From contig JBDHMC010000001.1 in assembly GCA_039656355.1 (NCBI GenBank), positions 1 to 45,469 on the forward strand: a stretch of DNA of 45,469 nucleotides. The letters are read 5' to 3'. The notes beneath the pieces are model-generated. The model had not been told where the DNA came from and ran no database searches. It saw nothing but the letters and a program-made list of their open reading frames with translations. This DNA is from Gemmatimonadota bacterium (GTDB taxonomy: Bacteria > Gemmatimonadota > Gemmatimonadetes > Longimicrobiales > Gaopeijiaceae). Both the position numbers and the translations under genes were made by a program. Below are positions 1 to 8,195 of the stretch, one piece after another (the first letter of the stretch is position 1; every line of letters begins with the position of its first letter).

Positions 1-1682
1 GGGTCGCCGGCGCTGAGTAGGTGAACGGCCAAAAGCCCCAACAGGCCAATCACTACCAGGTAGTAGATCGTCGGGAGGATGGTCTTCCTTAAGGTGGCTC
101 CTTCCCTCCCCAATAGTCCAACAGTGGCTGAGGCCGCCACCACATTGTGAATGGCGATCATGTTTCCGGCAGCCGCCCCCACTGCCTGGAGGGCAACGAT
201 GAGAACCCCTGAGATCATGAGGCGGTCCGCCACGGCGAACTGAAAAGCCGAAAACATGAGATTACTCACGGTGTTCGACCCTGCGATGAACGCTCCCAGG
301 GCCCCCGTCACCCCGGCGAACATTGGCCAAATCTGGCCTACGTTCGTTGCCACCCATTCGGCCATGGCAATGGGCATGGAAAAGAACCCGGCCCCATTCA
401 CGTCGGAGTTGATGTAGACACGGACCATTGGCACGGTAAAGACCAGGACGAATCCGGCTCCGAGAAGAACGCGGGAGGACTCCGATAGAGCGCGCCTGAG
501 AGCCTGCCCTGTCATCCGGTGCATGAAGAAAGTGATCCCCACAACCACCAACAAGATGAAACCCGGGAGATACAGGGGGGCGGTTGTGGCAGCGATTCCA
601 GTGGCGAAAATGTCATCCCAGGCGAAGCGGACCGCACGGAGCCAATCCCCGATGGGTAGTTGGGGAAGCCTGGAAATTACCAGCAGGACGGCCAACATCA
701 GGTAGGGCGCCCAGGCGGTGCCGGTGGAAATGTGCCTTTGGTCCCCGTCCTCTTCCTCCTTCACCTCGAGTCCGCTCACCCACTCGGCCGGCCAAGCCGG
801 CGCCGGAGGGAAATCCCAGGTATCCTTCGGAACCAGGAACCCTCTTTTGGCTGCGAAGGTGACGATGATCAGGCCCACCGGTGCACCCAGGAGGGAGGGA
901 AACTCCGGCCCCAGGAAGATCCCGGTCAGGGTATAAGGAACGGTAAAAGCCAAGCCACCCAGCAGGGCAAAGGGGAAGATGGAGAGCCCTTCTGTCCAAG
1001 ACTTCCTCCCGCCGAAAAACCTAGTGGTCATCATCACCATAAACGTGGGCATGAGGGTTCCGGCGATCCCGTGAAGGACCACTGCCCGGGCCGTCACGAG
1101 GCGAAGGAACTCCCTCATTTCGATTCCGGCCACCGCCATCTGAGCTTCAAAGAGTTCACCGCCCACCCCACCCTGAACACCCACCAGAATGGGTGTTCCC
1201 ACACCCCCAAAAGTGACGGCGGTACTCTGAATCATCATCCCGATCATGACCGCTGCCGCCGCCGGGAACCCCATGGCCACCATCAATGGTGCACATACCG
1301 CTGCGGGAGTTCCAAATCCCGACGCGCCCTCGATAAAAGAGCCGAAGAGCCAGCCCAGGAGCACGATCTGGACCCTTCGATCGTCACTGATGGCGTGAAA
1401 TGACCGGCGAATGGAGGCGACCCCTCCCGAGTGTTCCAGGGTTTTCAGGAGAAGAAGGGCACCGAAAATGATGAAAAGGAGGTCGAAGGTGAGGAAGAGC
1501 CCCTGAACGGAAGCCGCCCACACCCTAACCCACTCCATCTGCCATGCACCCACCGCAACAGCCACGGCGGCGAGGTATACGGCAGGCATGGCCCATTTGG
1601 CGGGAATTCGAAAACCCACAAGGAGAACGCCGGCCAGAAAGATGGGAAAAACGGCCAGAAGGGCCTGCATGCCAAGGGTCAT
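1..1682 (-). CDS. lctP: L-lactate permease (LctP/LldP/GlcA family); the 3' end runs off the window
   Basis: It is absent from the ORF track because no stop codon lies inside the window. Manual reverse translation from the ATG at 1680-1682 (upstream GAGGAG RBS) gives an uninterrupted frame to position 1: MTLGMQALLAVFPIFLAGVLLVGFRIPAKWAMP...LFGSFIEGASGFGTPAAVCAPLMVAMGF... The protein is polytopic. The gene starts 16 nt downstream of the lutC stop on the same strand. Confidence 0.85.
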   Translation of the reverse strand, partial: MTLGMQALLAVFPIFLAGVLLVGFRIPAKWAMPAVYLAAVAVAVGAWQMEWVRVWAASVQGLFLTFDLLFIIFGALLLLKTLEHSGGVASIRRSFHAISDDRRVQIVLLGWLFGSFIEGASGFGTPAAVCAPLMVAMGFPAAAAVMIGMMIQSTAVTFGGVGTPILVGVQGGVGGELFEAQMAVAGIEMREFLRLVTARAVVLHGIAGTLMPTFMVMMTTRFFGGRKSWTEGLSIFPFALLGGLAFTVPYTLTGIFLGPEFPSLLGAPVGLIIVTFAAKRGFLVPKDTWDFPPAPAWPAEWVSGLEVKEEEDGDQRHISTGTAWAPYLMLAVLLVISRLPQLPIGDWLRAVRFAWDDIFATGIAATTAPLYLPGFILLVVVGITFFMHRMTGQALRRALSESSRVLLGAGFVLVFTVPMVRVYINSDVNGAGFFSMPIAMAEWVATNVGQIWPMFAGVTGALGAFIAGSNTVSNLMFSAFQFAVADRLMISGVLIVALQAVGAAAGNMIAIHNVVAASATVGLLGREGATLRKTILPTIYYLVVIGLLGLLAVHLLSAGD

Positions 1683-1698
1683 CAGGGATTTCTCCTCA

Positions 1699-2394
1699 TC
1701 AATCCTCTACCAGGATCACGTCTAACGTTCGAGGGCCGTGGACCCCTTCCACTCTGACCAACTCGATATCAGAGGTAGCCGACGGCCCAGAGATCAGCGT
1801 AAGGGGTGACCGAGTCTCCTTCAAGGTGTCCCTCAAGGGTTCCACCGCCTCCGGTACCGTCTCCACCACCTGATCTTGAAAAACCACACAAAGGTGGTAA
1901 TCCGGAAGGAGCGTAAGGGCTCGACGCCCCTGGGTACCCCCCCCATCCAGGACCAGAGTACCCGTCTCGGCGATGGCCAGGGTGCATCCGGTGAGCACGG
2001 CGTGGGCGGAAGCCAGCTGGGTTACATCAAGGGCTTCTGGGTTGAGATCCCGAGAGATTTCCAGGCCAGGCCAGGAGGCCTCACGAATCCAGAAATCCGG
2101 GATACCAGGAGGGAGAATCACAGTCATGGCTTCCCGGGCACGCAGCCTCAGAGAGATGGTCTCGGAAAGCTCTGGGAACCCGCAGCGGACCACCGAGGCT
2201 TCATAGTCCACGATTCGGTCCTGGAGGAGGTCCAATAACTCGCCGGGGCCACGGGTACCCCGTCTGCGGTAATTCCGGGGAATCGGCGAACCGGTTTCGC
2301 CCTCCTCAGGCAAGATGCCGTCCGAGGTAAGGCCCTCTTCCACTCCAAGAGCGCCCCGGATTTTTCCCAGGATCAGGTCCCGTGCAGTAATCAT
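1699..2394 (-). CDS. lutC: Lactate utilization protein C (LUD domain, YkgG-like)
   Basis: The start is taken at the internal ATG (MITARDLILGKIRGALG...), which overlaps the lutB stop as ATGA at 2391-2394. The upstream part of the 348-aa ORF is a GC-rich extension overlapping lutB. The C-terminus (TGTLVLDGGGTQGRRALTLLPDYHLCVV) is typical of LUD domains. Confidence 0.85.
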   Translation of the reverse strand: MITARDLILGKIRGALGVEEGLTSDGILPEEGETGSPIPRNYRRRGTRGPGELLDLLQDRIVDYEASVVRCGFPELSETISLRLRAREAMTVILPPGIPDFWIREASWPGLEISRDLNPEALDVTQLASAHAVLTGCTLAIAETGTLVLDGGGTQGRRALTLLPDYHLCVVFQDQVVETVPEAVEPLRDTLKETRSPLTLISGPSATSDIELVRVEGVHGPRTLDVILVED

Positions 2395-3890
2395 TTTCCA
2401 CCTCCCCCAGGCCGTGTAGCTGGAGCCCGGGGCTTCGGTCTTTTCTCCCACCATTCCCGGAAACTCTCCTCCGCCAAGGCCGGAAAGTCCCTTCCTGAGG
2501 TCCAACCCTCCCCATACCCGGGCAAATCGCTGACCCAACCGTCCTGGGCCCGGCTCTTCAGGAACTTCCTGGCCGCGAAGAGCCCCCACCGATACGCCAC
2601 CCGGGAGCGAAACATCAAGCCCATCTGCCGCATGATCAGGCGTTCCTGATTGGAGCCACCCTTGGACCCCGGCCCGCCCCTGGTCTCTACGCTGCGGCCT
2701 CGAAGGTGAAGCAAGACACGGGGGATCTCGATCCTCACCGGACACACTTCACCGCAGGCCCCGCAGAGTGTGGAGGCAAAGGGGAGAGAGTCGTGGACCC
2801 CGGGACCCAGGAGCTGTGGGGTCAGAATCGACCCGATCGGCCCCGGGTAGGTTGCGTGATACGCGTGACCGCCCACCCGCCCATAAACGGGGCAGATGTT
2901 GAGGCAAGCGCTGCACCGAATACAATGGAGGGCCTGGCGGCCCACAGGATCCTCCAGGACCCTTGTTCGCCCGTTATCCAGGAGCACCAGATGGAACTCC
3001 TGTGGTCCGTCCCCAGGGTGGACTCCGGTCCAGAGGGAGGTGTAGGGGTTCATTCGCTCCCCAGTGGCCGACCGGGGGAGAAGCTGAAGGAAAACTTCCA
3101 GATCCTGGAAAGAGGGAAGGACTTTCTCGATACCCATGAGTGTGATGAGGACTCGGGGCAGAGTCAGGCACATTCGGCCATTTCCCTCCGACTCCACCAC
3201 CCCTACCGTTCCCGTGTCCGCCGCGGCGAAGTTGGCGCCGCTCACAGCCACTTCCGCCGCGAGGAATCTCTCACGGAGGTGAAGGCGGGCAGCCTCTGCG
3301 AGCACCGCCGGCTCATCCGTGAGATCGGGATTCCCCAGGTGCTCCCTGAAGAGATCACGAATCTGGGTCCGATTCTTATGAATCGCCGGCACCAGGAAGT
3401 GGGAGGATCTCTCCGACGCCAGTTGGATGATGAGCTCAGCCAGGTCCGTCTCGACCGCCGAGATTCCTCGAGCCGCCAGAGCCGGGTTTAAACCCACTTC
3501 GTCGGTGGTGATGGATTTGACCTTCACCACCTCGGAAGCCCCCGCCGCCACGACGAGGTCCCCGATGATCCGATTGGCCTCCTCCGCGTCTCGGGCCCAG
3601 TGCACCGTTCCCCCAGCCCGGATCACCGCCTTCTCGAGCTGCACCAGGTATTGGTCGAGCCCCAGGAGAGCCTCCTCCTTGATGGCCTTGGCTGCGGAAG
3701 TCAGTTCCTCCCAATCGGGGAGTTCCCCGACCACGACAGCTCTTTTGGCCCGGATCGCATGGGTGGCCTTCCTCAGGTTCTCTCTGAGCTGGCCATCGGC
3801 GAGGGCGGCGGGAGCCGAGGAGGCAAAGGTGGGGAGAGGTCGCCCTGATGACCGTCGACGCCCCTTCCGTTTGCGTGGCCCCTCACTCAC
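2391..3890 (-). CDS. lutB: Lactate utilization protein B (4Fe-4S iron-sulfur protein, YkgF-like)
   Basis: There are two ferredoxin-type cysteine clusters (CIRCSACLNICPVY and CGACGEVCPVRIEIP) plus a LUD-like domain. The start is assigned to the GTG at 3888-3890, which overlaps the lutA TGA (GTGA). The longer ORF start at 4025 would overlap lutA by about 140 nt. Confidence 0.8.
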   Translation of the reverse strand: MSEGPRKRKGRRRSSGRPLPTFASSAPAALADGQLRENLRKATHAIRAKRAVVVGELPDWEELTSAAKAIKEEALLGLDQYLVQLEKAVIRAGGTVHWARDAEEANRIIGDLVVAAGASEVVKVKSITTDEVGLNPALAARGISAVETDLAELIIQLASERSSHFLVPAIHKNRTQIRDLFREHLGNPDLTDEPAVLAEAARLHLRERFLAAEVAVSGANFAAADTGTVGVVESEGNGRMCLTLPRVLITLMGIEKVLPSFQDLEVFLQLLPRSATGERMNPYTSLWTGVHPGDGPQEFHLVLLDNGRTRVLEDPVGRQALHCIRCSACLNICPVYGRVGGHAYHATYPGPIGSILTPQLLGPGVHDSLPFASTLCGACGEVCPVRIEIPRVLLHLRGRSVETRGGPGSKGGSNQERLIMRQMGLMFRSRVAYRWGLFAARKFLKSRAQDGWVSDLPGYGEGWTSGRDFPALAEESFREWWEKRPKPRAPATRPGGGGK

Positions 3891-4663
3891 GGCCGCCCCC
3901 CTTCTCTGCTGTCCAGGATCTCCGCGAGGTGCATGACCCGAAGGTCCTTGCCGTGCCCGCCACTCCCCCTCTTCGCCCTGAGGATCCCAAGGCGGTGCAT
4001 CCCTCCGGCAATGTGCATGAGGCAAGAGTTGTCCACCCCGGTGAGGACCTCAGCGTCAGAGCTTCGAACGTCCTGAATCTTGTCCGAAAGCATGGCCTCC
4101 GACGTATGGGGGTTTTTTACAGCGAAGGTCCCCCCGAAACCGCAACACTCCTCGGGGTTGGGTAGCCCTACCAACTCCAACCCCTCAACCGCCCGCAGGA
4201 GACGCTCCGGAGCATCCCCCACATCGATCCCTCTCTTGGAGTGGCAGGTAGGATGGAGGGCCACCCGGCTGCGGAAGGAGGCACCCAGCTCCTCCACACC
4301 CAACCTCCCCACCAGGAACTCACTCATTTCGTAGGTCCGGGCCCCCAGGGCCCTGGCCTCCGACTCGAGAGAGTCGTCGCCCACTTCGGATGCCAGGACG
4401 GGATACTGCTCCCGGACCATCGCCACACAGGAAGCCGAGGGCGCCACCACAACCTCCGCACCGTCAAAAACCCCCAGAAACCGTTGGAGCAGCCGCCGAG
4501 CCTCCCCTCGGTACCCAGTATTGAAGTGAATCTGGCCGCAACAGGTCTGCTCGGGTGGGAAGTCCACCTGGTGGCCCAAACCCTCGAGGATCCGAACCAG
4601 AGCCGCACCTGTTCTGGGAAACAAGGCGTCATTGAAGCAGGTGATGAAAAGTGCGATGCGCAT
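3887..4663 (-). CDS. lutA: Lactate utilization protein A (CCG cysteine-rich domain, YkgE/GlcF-like)
   Basis: The translation is MRIALFITCFNDALFPRTGAALVRILEGLGHQVDFPPEQTCCGQ...HPTCHS...ECCGFGGTFAVK, which contains duplicated CCG motifs. The gene order lutA-lutB-lutC-permease is co-directional. Confidence 0.85.
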   Translation of the reverse strand: MRIALFITCFNDALFPRTGAALVRILEGLGHQVDFPPEQTCCGQIHFNTGYRGEARRLLQRFLGVFDGAEVVVAPSASCVAMVREQYPVLASEVGDDSLESEARALGARTYEMSEFLVGRLGVEELGASFRSRVALHPTCHSKRGIDVGDAPERLLRAVEGLELVGLPNPEECCGFGGTFAVKNPHTSEAMLSDKIQDVRSSDAEVLTGVDNSCLMHIAGGMHRLGILRAKRGSGGHGKDLRVMHLAEILDSREGGRP

Positions 4664-4852
4664 TGGCGCGCGTATGCCCCCTGGCAACAGTCAACGAGGC
4701 GGGGACGATACGGGTTCCCCAGCTCCGGAGTTGGACGAATCTTGATCCCCTCGCCCCGGAGGGGCAACTTCAGCCGACCGAGTCCTTCGGCCGGACGGCC
4801 CCGGTTTCGGTTTTCCACGACGCCTTTCGGAGCGGAGGAGCCTGTCTGCGCC

Positions 4853-6028
4853 ATGGAGACAGCCAAGGACCGATCTCTTTTTCTGGACCCCAATCTCAAC
4901 ATCATCTTCGGGGTAACCCTCCTGGCTGTCCTGGGGGTCTCCTCCGTTGCTCCGGTTTTTCCTTCCGTCGCCCGAGAGTTGGGTGTTGCGCCGGAAGCGG
5001 TGGGTCTCCTTATCACCGTTTTCACCCTCCCTGGGATCATCCTCACACCCGTCCTGGGGGTCCTGGCGGACCGATTTGGAAGAAAACAAGTCTTGGTCCC
5101 TGCTCTGGTCCTCTTCTCCCTGGCCGGGTCATCCTGTTCCCTGGCTCGTGATTTCGAGGTCCTCCTCCTTCTGAGGTTCCTCCAGGGCGTGGGCGCCGCA
5201 TCCCTCGGATCTCTGAACGCCACCCTTATCGGAGACCTCTTCAGGGGCAATCAGCGGACCGAGGCCATGGGATACAACGCCTCGGTGCTGAGCATCGGGA
5301 CGGCAGTGTACCCATCCCTCGGAGGCGCCTTGGCAGCCCTGGGCTGGTACGTGCCTTTCGCACTTCCCATCGTGGGGTTGGGGGTCGCCCTGGCTGTTCT
5401 TCTGCGATTGGAGGCCGTCGAAGTCGAGCCAGGCGAGGGACTCAAGACCTACCTGCGGGAGGCAATGTCGGGCATGAAGAACCGAAAGGTCATGGGCCTT
5501 TACCTGGTTTCCGTCATGACCTTTATCGTCCTCTACGGAGCCTACACGACCTTCATCCCCCTCTACTTGTCTGACCGTTTCGGCTCCACGGCCCTGGGTA
5601 TCGGGTTGATCATGACCGTGGGATCACTCTCGACGGCCATCACAGCTTCCAGCCTACGTATCCTCCGTCGGTACCTGTCGCCTGAACGCCTCATCGCCAA
5701 CGCTTTCGCACTCTACGCGCTCGCTTTCCTGGCCATTCCGTGGTTACCCGGACACTGGCTGGTCGCTATCCCCGTAGCCCTCTTTGGCGTGGCCCAGGGG
5801 ATGAACTACCCGGTTGTCATGAGCCTTTTGGCCGGGCTCGCCCCAACAGAGCACCGCGCCATTTTTATGTCGGCAAACGGAATGGTGCTGAGAGTCGGCC
5901 AGACGTTGGGGCCGCTCATCATGGCGGGAGTTTTCGCTTGGGGAGGGATGGAAGCGGTGTTCTACGCGGCCACGGGAATCTGCATCGGGATGTTCTTACT
6001 CCTCCCCCTGATGATCGGAAAGAAGTAG
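4853..6028 (+). CDS. MFS transporter
   Basis: The 391-aa protein starts at METAKDRSLF and has about 12 hydrophobic segments by eye. It carries the MFS loop motif GVLADRFGRKQVL. The 5' part of the 595-aa ORF (4241-4852) is antisense to lutA and was rejected. Confidence 0.8.
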   Translation: METAKDRSLFLDPNLNIIFGVTLLAVLGVSSVAPVFPSVARELGVAPEAVGLLITVFTLPGIILTPVLGVLADRFGRKQVLVPALVLFSLAGSSCSLARDFEVLLLLRFLQGVGAASLGSLNATLIGDLFRGNQRTEAMGYNASVLSIGTAVYPSLGGALAALGWYVPFALPIVGLGVALAVLLRLEAVEVEPGEGLKTYLREAMSGMKNRKVMGLYLVSVMTFIVLYGAYTTFIPLYLSDRFGSTALGIGLIMTVGSLSTAITASSLRILRRYLSPERLIANAFALYALAFLAIPWLPGHWLVAIPVALFGVAQGMNYPVVMSLLAGLAPTEHRAIFMSANGMVLRVGQTLGPLIMAGVFAWGGMEAVFYAATGICIGMFLLLPLMIGKK

Positions 6029-6054
6029 TCCAGCAAACCCACGGTGGGGCCCCT

Positions 6055-6138
6055 CAGTGCTCCCCTATCAGCGCTCCAATATCAGCGCTCCAATATCAGC
6101 GCTCCAATATCAATGCTCCAATATCAGTGCTCCACGAT
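6055..6138. repeat. Tandem repeat: 14-bp unit CAGCGCTCCAATAT in 6 copies (3 perfect, 3 variant)
   Basis: Units were counted directly starting at 6055, 6069, 6083, 6097, 6111 and 6125. The array is AT-richer than its surroundings. It lies in the convergent gap between the MFS gene and the ClC gene. The last unit is the final 14 nt of the ClC coding sequence. Confidence 0.9.
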
Positions 6139-8142
6139 CCATCTTCGAACCGCCTCTTCCTGGTCGCGGGTGGTGAGAAGGACCAGCACATCCCCCGGTT
6201 CGACCCGGGTGTCACCCTTCGGGACCAGCGCCCTTTCTCCACGGCGCATGAGGGCGATCAACGTGCCCCCGGGGAGTGGGATCTCCCGGATTCTCCGGAA
6301 ACATAGATCCTCCTGCCCTTCCCTGACCTGAATCTCCATCTGAACCGATTCCCCGTGGCGCGGGGTGACCTCGGTTCCGGTTCGCTGAAGTAAACTTTGG
6401 TGCTCGTCCGCCAGCTCCTTGAAAGCCCAGAGAAGCTCATTCCTTCGAAGAACGCCGGTGACCTTTCGAGGATCGTCCACCTCCACTACGGGAATCTGAT
6501 AGACCGCCCGGGCAGCGAAGCGGCGGAAGGCGGTCCTGAGTGGCTCCCCCGGGGTGCAGGTCGTCAGAGCGGTCGTCATGACGTCCCGGACAGTCGCGTC
6601 CTCCGACCTTCCTGATACAATGGCAGCCTCCAGGTCCGTCTCGGTGACGATACCAAGGAGAAGATCCTCCGGGCCTACCACCAGCCAACTTCGGATTCTC
6701 CCCTCACGGGCCACCTCGGCCAGGTGGTCCAAGGAAAGGTCCGGCGGAACCGTCTCGAACTCGGGAGACATGGCATCCGTCACCAGCAGGAGATCCAGGA
6801 CACCCATCTCCTGTTGAGGAGCCGCCAGGGCTCCCTTTCTTCGAAGCTTGATGGAGTAGATGGAGTCATGGTAGATGGCCGAGGCCATAAGGTGAGCCAC
6901 AACGACGGCGAACATCAGCGGGAGAATGATCCGGTAATTATCCGTCATTTCGAAGAGGATGATGATGCCGGTGATCGGGGCGTGGGCTGCGGCAGCGAAC
7001 AGGGCCGCCATACCCACCAAGGCATAAGCCCCGGGGGGTGCTGTAAGGTTGGGGAGGAACTGGTTGGCCACTTTCCCGAAGGCGCCGCCGGCCATGGCCC
7101 CGATGAAGAGGGCTGGGGCAAACACACCCCCTGATCCCCCAGCTCCCAGGGTCACCGACGTGGCTAGCATCTTCAGCAGGACCAGGCCAAGCATGAGCCC
7201 CAGCGCCATCTCCCCCTGGAGCGCCAGCTCCACGCCCTCGTGGCCGATTCCGAAGATGAGGTCGCTTCCGAAGTAACCCAGGGCACCGACACCCAAGCCA
7301 CCGACGAGAGCCTTCAGGCTGGGCCTGAGTTTCCAGGCATCAAAGGAATCTTCGAACCAATACACGCTCTGGACATAGGCGAGGGCAATGAGACCCGTGA
7401 AGACACCGAGAGCCAGATAGAGGAGGAACTCCCACTCACTTACCAGGGTGAAGCTCTCGATCAGACGGAAAGCGGGCTCCCGCCCTAGCACGGCCTGGGA
7501 GATCGCCGTGGAGGTTACCGAGGCGATCACCACCAACCCGAAGGACCGGGCGGCGAAGTTGCCCAGGATCACCTCCATGGCGAACATGACCCCGGCGATG
7601 GGTGCGTTGAAGGTGGCCGCTATGGCTCCCGCCGCCCCTGCCGCCACCATGATGCGGGTCTGATCCGGCCCCAATCCGACGGCTTGCCCGACAGAGCTTC
7701 CCAGGGAGGACCCGATCTGGACAATGGGGCCCTCCCGGCCGACCGATCCTCCTGACCCGATGGAGATGGCCGAGGCCAGGGCTTTGACGGCGGCCACTCG
7801 GGCCCTGATGCGCCCTCCCAACCTCCGGATGGCATACTGGACCTCAGGTACGCCATGACCCTGAGCCTCCGGGGCCCATCGGCGCACCATCCAGGAGACG
7901 ACGACCATCCCGATGGCTGGGGCCAGGAGAAGATGGATTCGATCAGCCCAAGGCACCCCGAGGGCTGCCCCCAGACGGCCTCCCTGATCGAAGAAGATCC
8001 ACTGGACGCCCCTGATCAGCTGGCGGAGAACAATGGCTCCGACGGCCGCCAATGAGCCGATCGTCACGGCCAGCGCCACCGGTGCAACGGTCTCCGAACG
8101 CTGGAGACGAACCCGGAGACGGGTAAGGAGTGGAGAGGTCAT
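6124..8142 (-). CDS. ClC family chloride channel / H+-Cl- antiporter with C-terminal CBS pair and a TrkA-C-like domain
   Basis: It has the ClC selectivity motifs GSGGSVGREGP, GAGGSGGVFAP and NAPIAGV. The C-terminus has CBS-like repeats and ends with ...IREIPLPGGTLIALMRRGERALVPKGDTRVEPGDVLVLL (RCK_C-like). The start is either the ATG at 8142 or the TTG at 8160. Confidence 0.85.
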   Translation of the reverse strand: MTSPLLTRLRVRLQRSETVAPVALAVTIGSLAAVGAIVLRQLIRGVQWIFFDQGGRLGAALGVPWADRIHLLLAPAIGMVVVSWMVRRWAPEAQGHGVPEVQYAIRRLGGRIRARVAAVKALASAISIGSGGSVGREGPIVQIGSSLGSSVGQAVGLGPDQTRIMVAAGAAGAIAATFNAPIAGVMFAMEVILGNFAARSFGLVVIASVTSTAISQAVLGREPAFRLIESFTLVSEWEFLLYLALGVFTGLIALAYVQSVYWFEDSFDAWKLRPSLKALVGGLGVGALGYFGSDLIFGIGHEGVELALQGEMALGLMLGLVLLKMLATSVTLGAGGSGGVFAPALFIGAMAGGAFGKVANQFLPNLTAPPGAYALVGMAALFAAAAHAPITGIIILFEMTDNYRIILPLMFAVVVAHLMASAIYHDSIYSIKLRRKGALAAPQQEMGVLDLLLVTDAMSPEFETVPPDLSLDHLAEVAREGRIRSWLVVGPEDLLLGIVTETDLEAAIVSGRSEDATVRDVMTTALTTCTPGEPLRTAFRRFAARAVYQIPVVEVDDPRKVTGVLRRNELLWAFKELADEHQSLLQRTGTEVTPRHGESVQMEIQVREGQEDLCFRRIREIPLPGGTLIALMRRGERALVPKGDTRVEPGDVLVLLTTRDQEEAVRRWIVEH

Positions 8143-8195
8143 CGAGGGACCTGTCCGCAAGAATGAGCGAACTGCGTCAAGAGTTTGATCGGACT

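Noticed and set aside
660-1403. A 247-aa plus-strand ORF, plus other short ORFs in 523-1757.
   Set aside because: The opposite strand reads without interruption as a lactate permease with clear family motifs. These ORFs are antisense or off-frame artefacts.
4241-4852. The N-terminal 204 codons of the 595-aa ORF that contains the MFS transporter.
   Set aside because: This part overlaps lutA on the opposite strand and translates to non-membrane, Pro/Gly/Arg-rich sequence. The MFS protein starts convincingly at the ATG at 4853.
6055-6138. Possibility that the 14-bp repeats form a CRISPR array.
   Set aside because: The units are directly adjacent with no spacers and are far shorter than CRISPR repeats. 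There are no cas genes in the window.
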